This document shows, piece after piece, positions 23,483 through 24,000 of a DNA stretch of 24,000 bases. The position numbers and the translations under genes were made by a program. Position 1 is the first letter of the stretch, and the number at the start of each line of letters is the position of its first letter. The stretch comes from an uncultured Clostridia bacterium (GTDB lineage: Bacteria; Bacillota; Clostridia; DSM-8532). The notes under the pieces are model-generated. The model was not told where the DNA came from. It searched no databases and saw nothing but the letters and a program-made list of their open reading frames with translations. Location of the stretch: assembly GCA_942493335.1 (NCBI GenBank), contig OW818693.1, positions 1,566,644-1,590,643 of the forward strand. Reading direction: 5' to 3'.

Positions 23483-24000
23483 TCACCATCGACGCCGAAA
23501 AATCTGTTCGTCTTGCAAGAACTCTTTCAGGCCCATATTCAGTTTCCCAAGTAGCTCATCATCCTTCTCATTCAACGGATTCATCCAATTCGCCTTATCC
23601 TTTGCCCATTCGATGTATCTATGCATTGCGTGATTATCTGTGTCACCATATCCGCCCAGCACACGAATGTACTCATATACTATCAGTGATGCTTGATAAT
23701 TTTCTGCATCAGCAAGAAGCTGCTTTACTTTTTTCACCTCGGCACGTTGCCGTTCCCTAAGTTCAGCGTCCTTCACGGCCTTCATTTGCGCGTCTTCTTC
23801 TCGTTGAATACGTTCAGCACGAGCGATTTCAGCCGCCTGGACAGCCGCCATCACGTTGATGACTATCTCGCCAACCTTTTCTTCGAGCGCTTGGCACTTT
23901 GTATCATTCCACGAACGGAACTTGGAATAGAAGTCCCCTATCCAGAACATGAGCTCTCCTGAATACTCCAAGACCTGCTCCAATGGAGGACTCTGTTCTT
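23483..24000 (-). CDS. Hypothetical coiled-coil protein, 5' end probably beyond the window
   Basis: The frame is open to nt 24000 upstream of the TTG at 23983. Charged helical segment AEIARAERIQREEDAQMKAVKDAELRERQRAEVKKVKQLLADAENY. No family recognised. Confidence 0.55.
   Translation of the reverse strand, partial: EQSPPLEQVLEYSGELMFWIGDFYSKFRSWNDTKCQALEEKVGEIVINVMAAVQAAEIARAERIQREEDAQMKAVKDAELRERQRAEVKKVKQLLADAENYQASLIVYEYIRVLGGYGDTDNHAMHRYIEWAKDKANWMNPLNEKDDELLGKLNMGLKEFLQDEQIFRRRW

Noticed and set aside
1-24000. Mobile-element hallmarks (integrase, transposase, terminal inverted repeats, tRNA target) and RNA genes
   Set aside because: None was recognised on either strand. The only long repeats are the diverged direct repeats at 17362-17669 and 22962-23268, which are gene paralogs rather than IS ends.

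Overview
The window reads as a bacterial defence/accessory island, with Firmicutes-style AGGAGG/GAGG ribosome-binding sites 6-9 nt upstream of most starts. The one conventional system is a complete type I restriction-modification operon on the minus strand (hsdM 9177-10745, hsdS 7930-9180, hsdR 4900-7917). A TTGACC-16-TAGAAT promoter is predicted upstream of it. The same operon continues into a standalone JAB/MPN metalloprotease (4124-4846) and an AbiEi/DUF6088-like wHTH protein (3468-4112).

Three compact modules look more unusual.

(1) 13448-16791 (+): a metallo-beta-lactamase-fold protein (HAHEDH) ends in a Pro/Ser tail with a terminal Gly (...SPAPRAG). Its stop overlaps the start of a 753-aa protein that combines an E2/UBC-like core, a ThiF/E1 Rossmann domain and a canonical JAB domain. 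No ubiquitin-like gene is present. This is my best candidate for an uncharacterised system: Cap2/Cap3-like conjugation logic with an MBL hydrolase in place of a CD-NTase.

(2) 18300-20861 (+): three translationally coupled genes. They are a 202-aa protein with five copies of a Thr/Ser + Glu/Asp motif (ETLITxTREGIDxSE), an MdnC/MvdD-type ATP-grasp ligase, and a multi-TM protein with a coiled-coil tail. This looks like a multi-core graspetide locus with a non-standard third gene.

(3) 21399-22811 (+): a caspase-like (C14) protease followed by a short TIR-like (DUF1863/ThsB-like) protein.

Modules 2 and 3 sit between two diverged direct repeats (about 300 nt each) formed by paralogous zinc-ribbon genes.

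Also present are a four-gene plus-strand cassette of unknowns (985-3337) with nuclease-fold-like and DUF4145-like motifs, several apparently decayed genes, and a few hairpin terminators. I recognised no rRNA, tRNA, CRISPR array, transposase or integrase. All domain calls come from motif reading by eye and need profile or structure searches to confirm.
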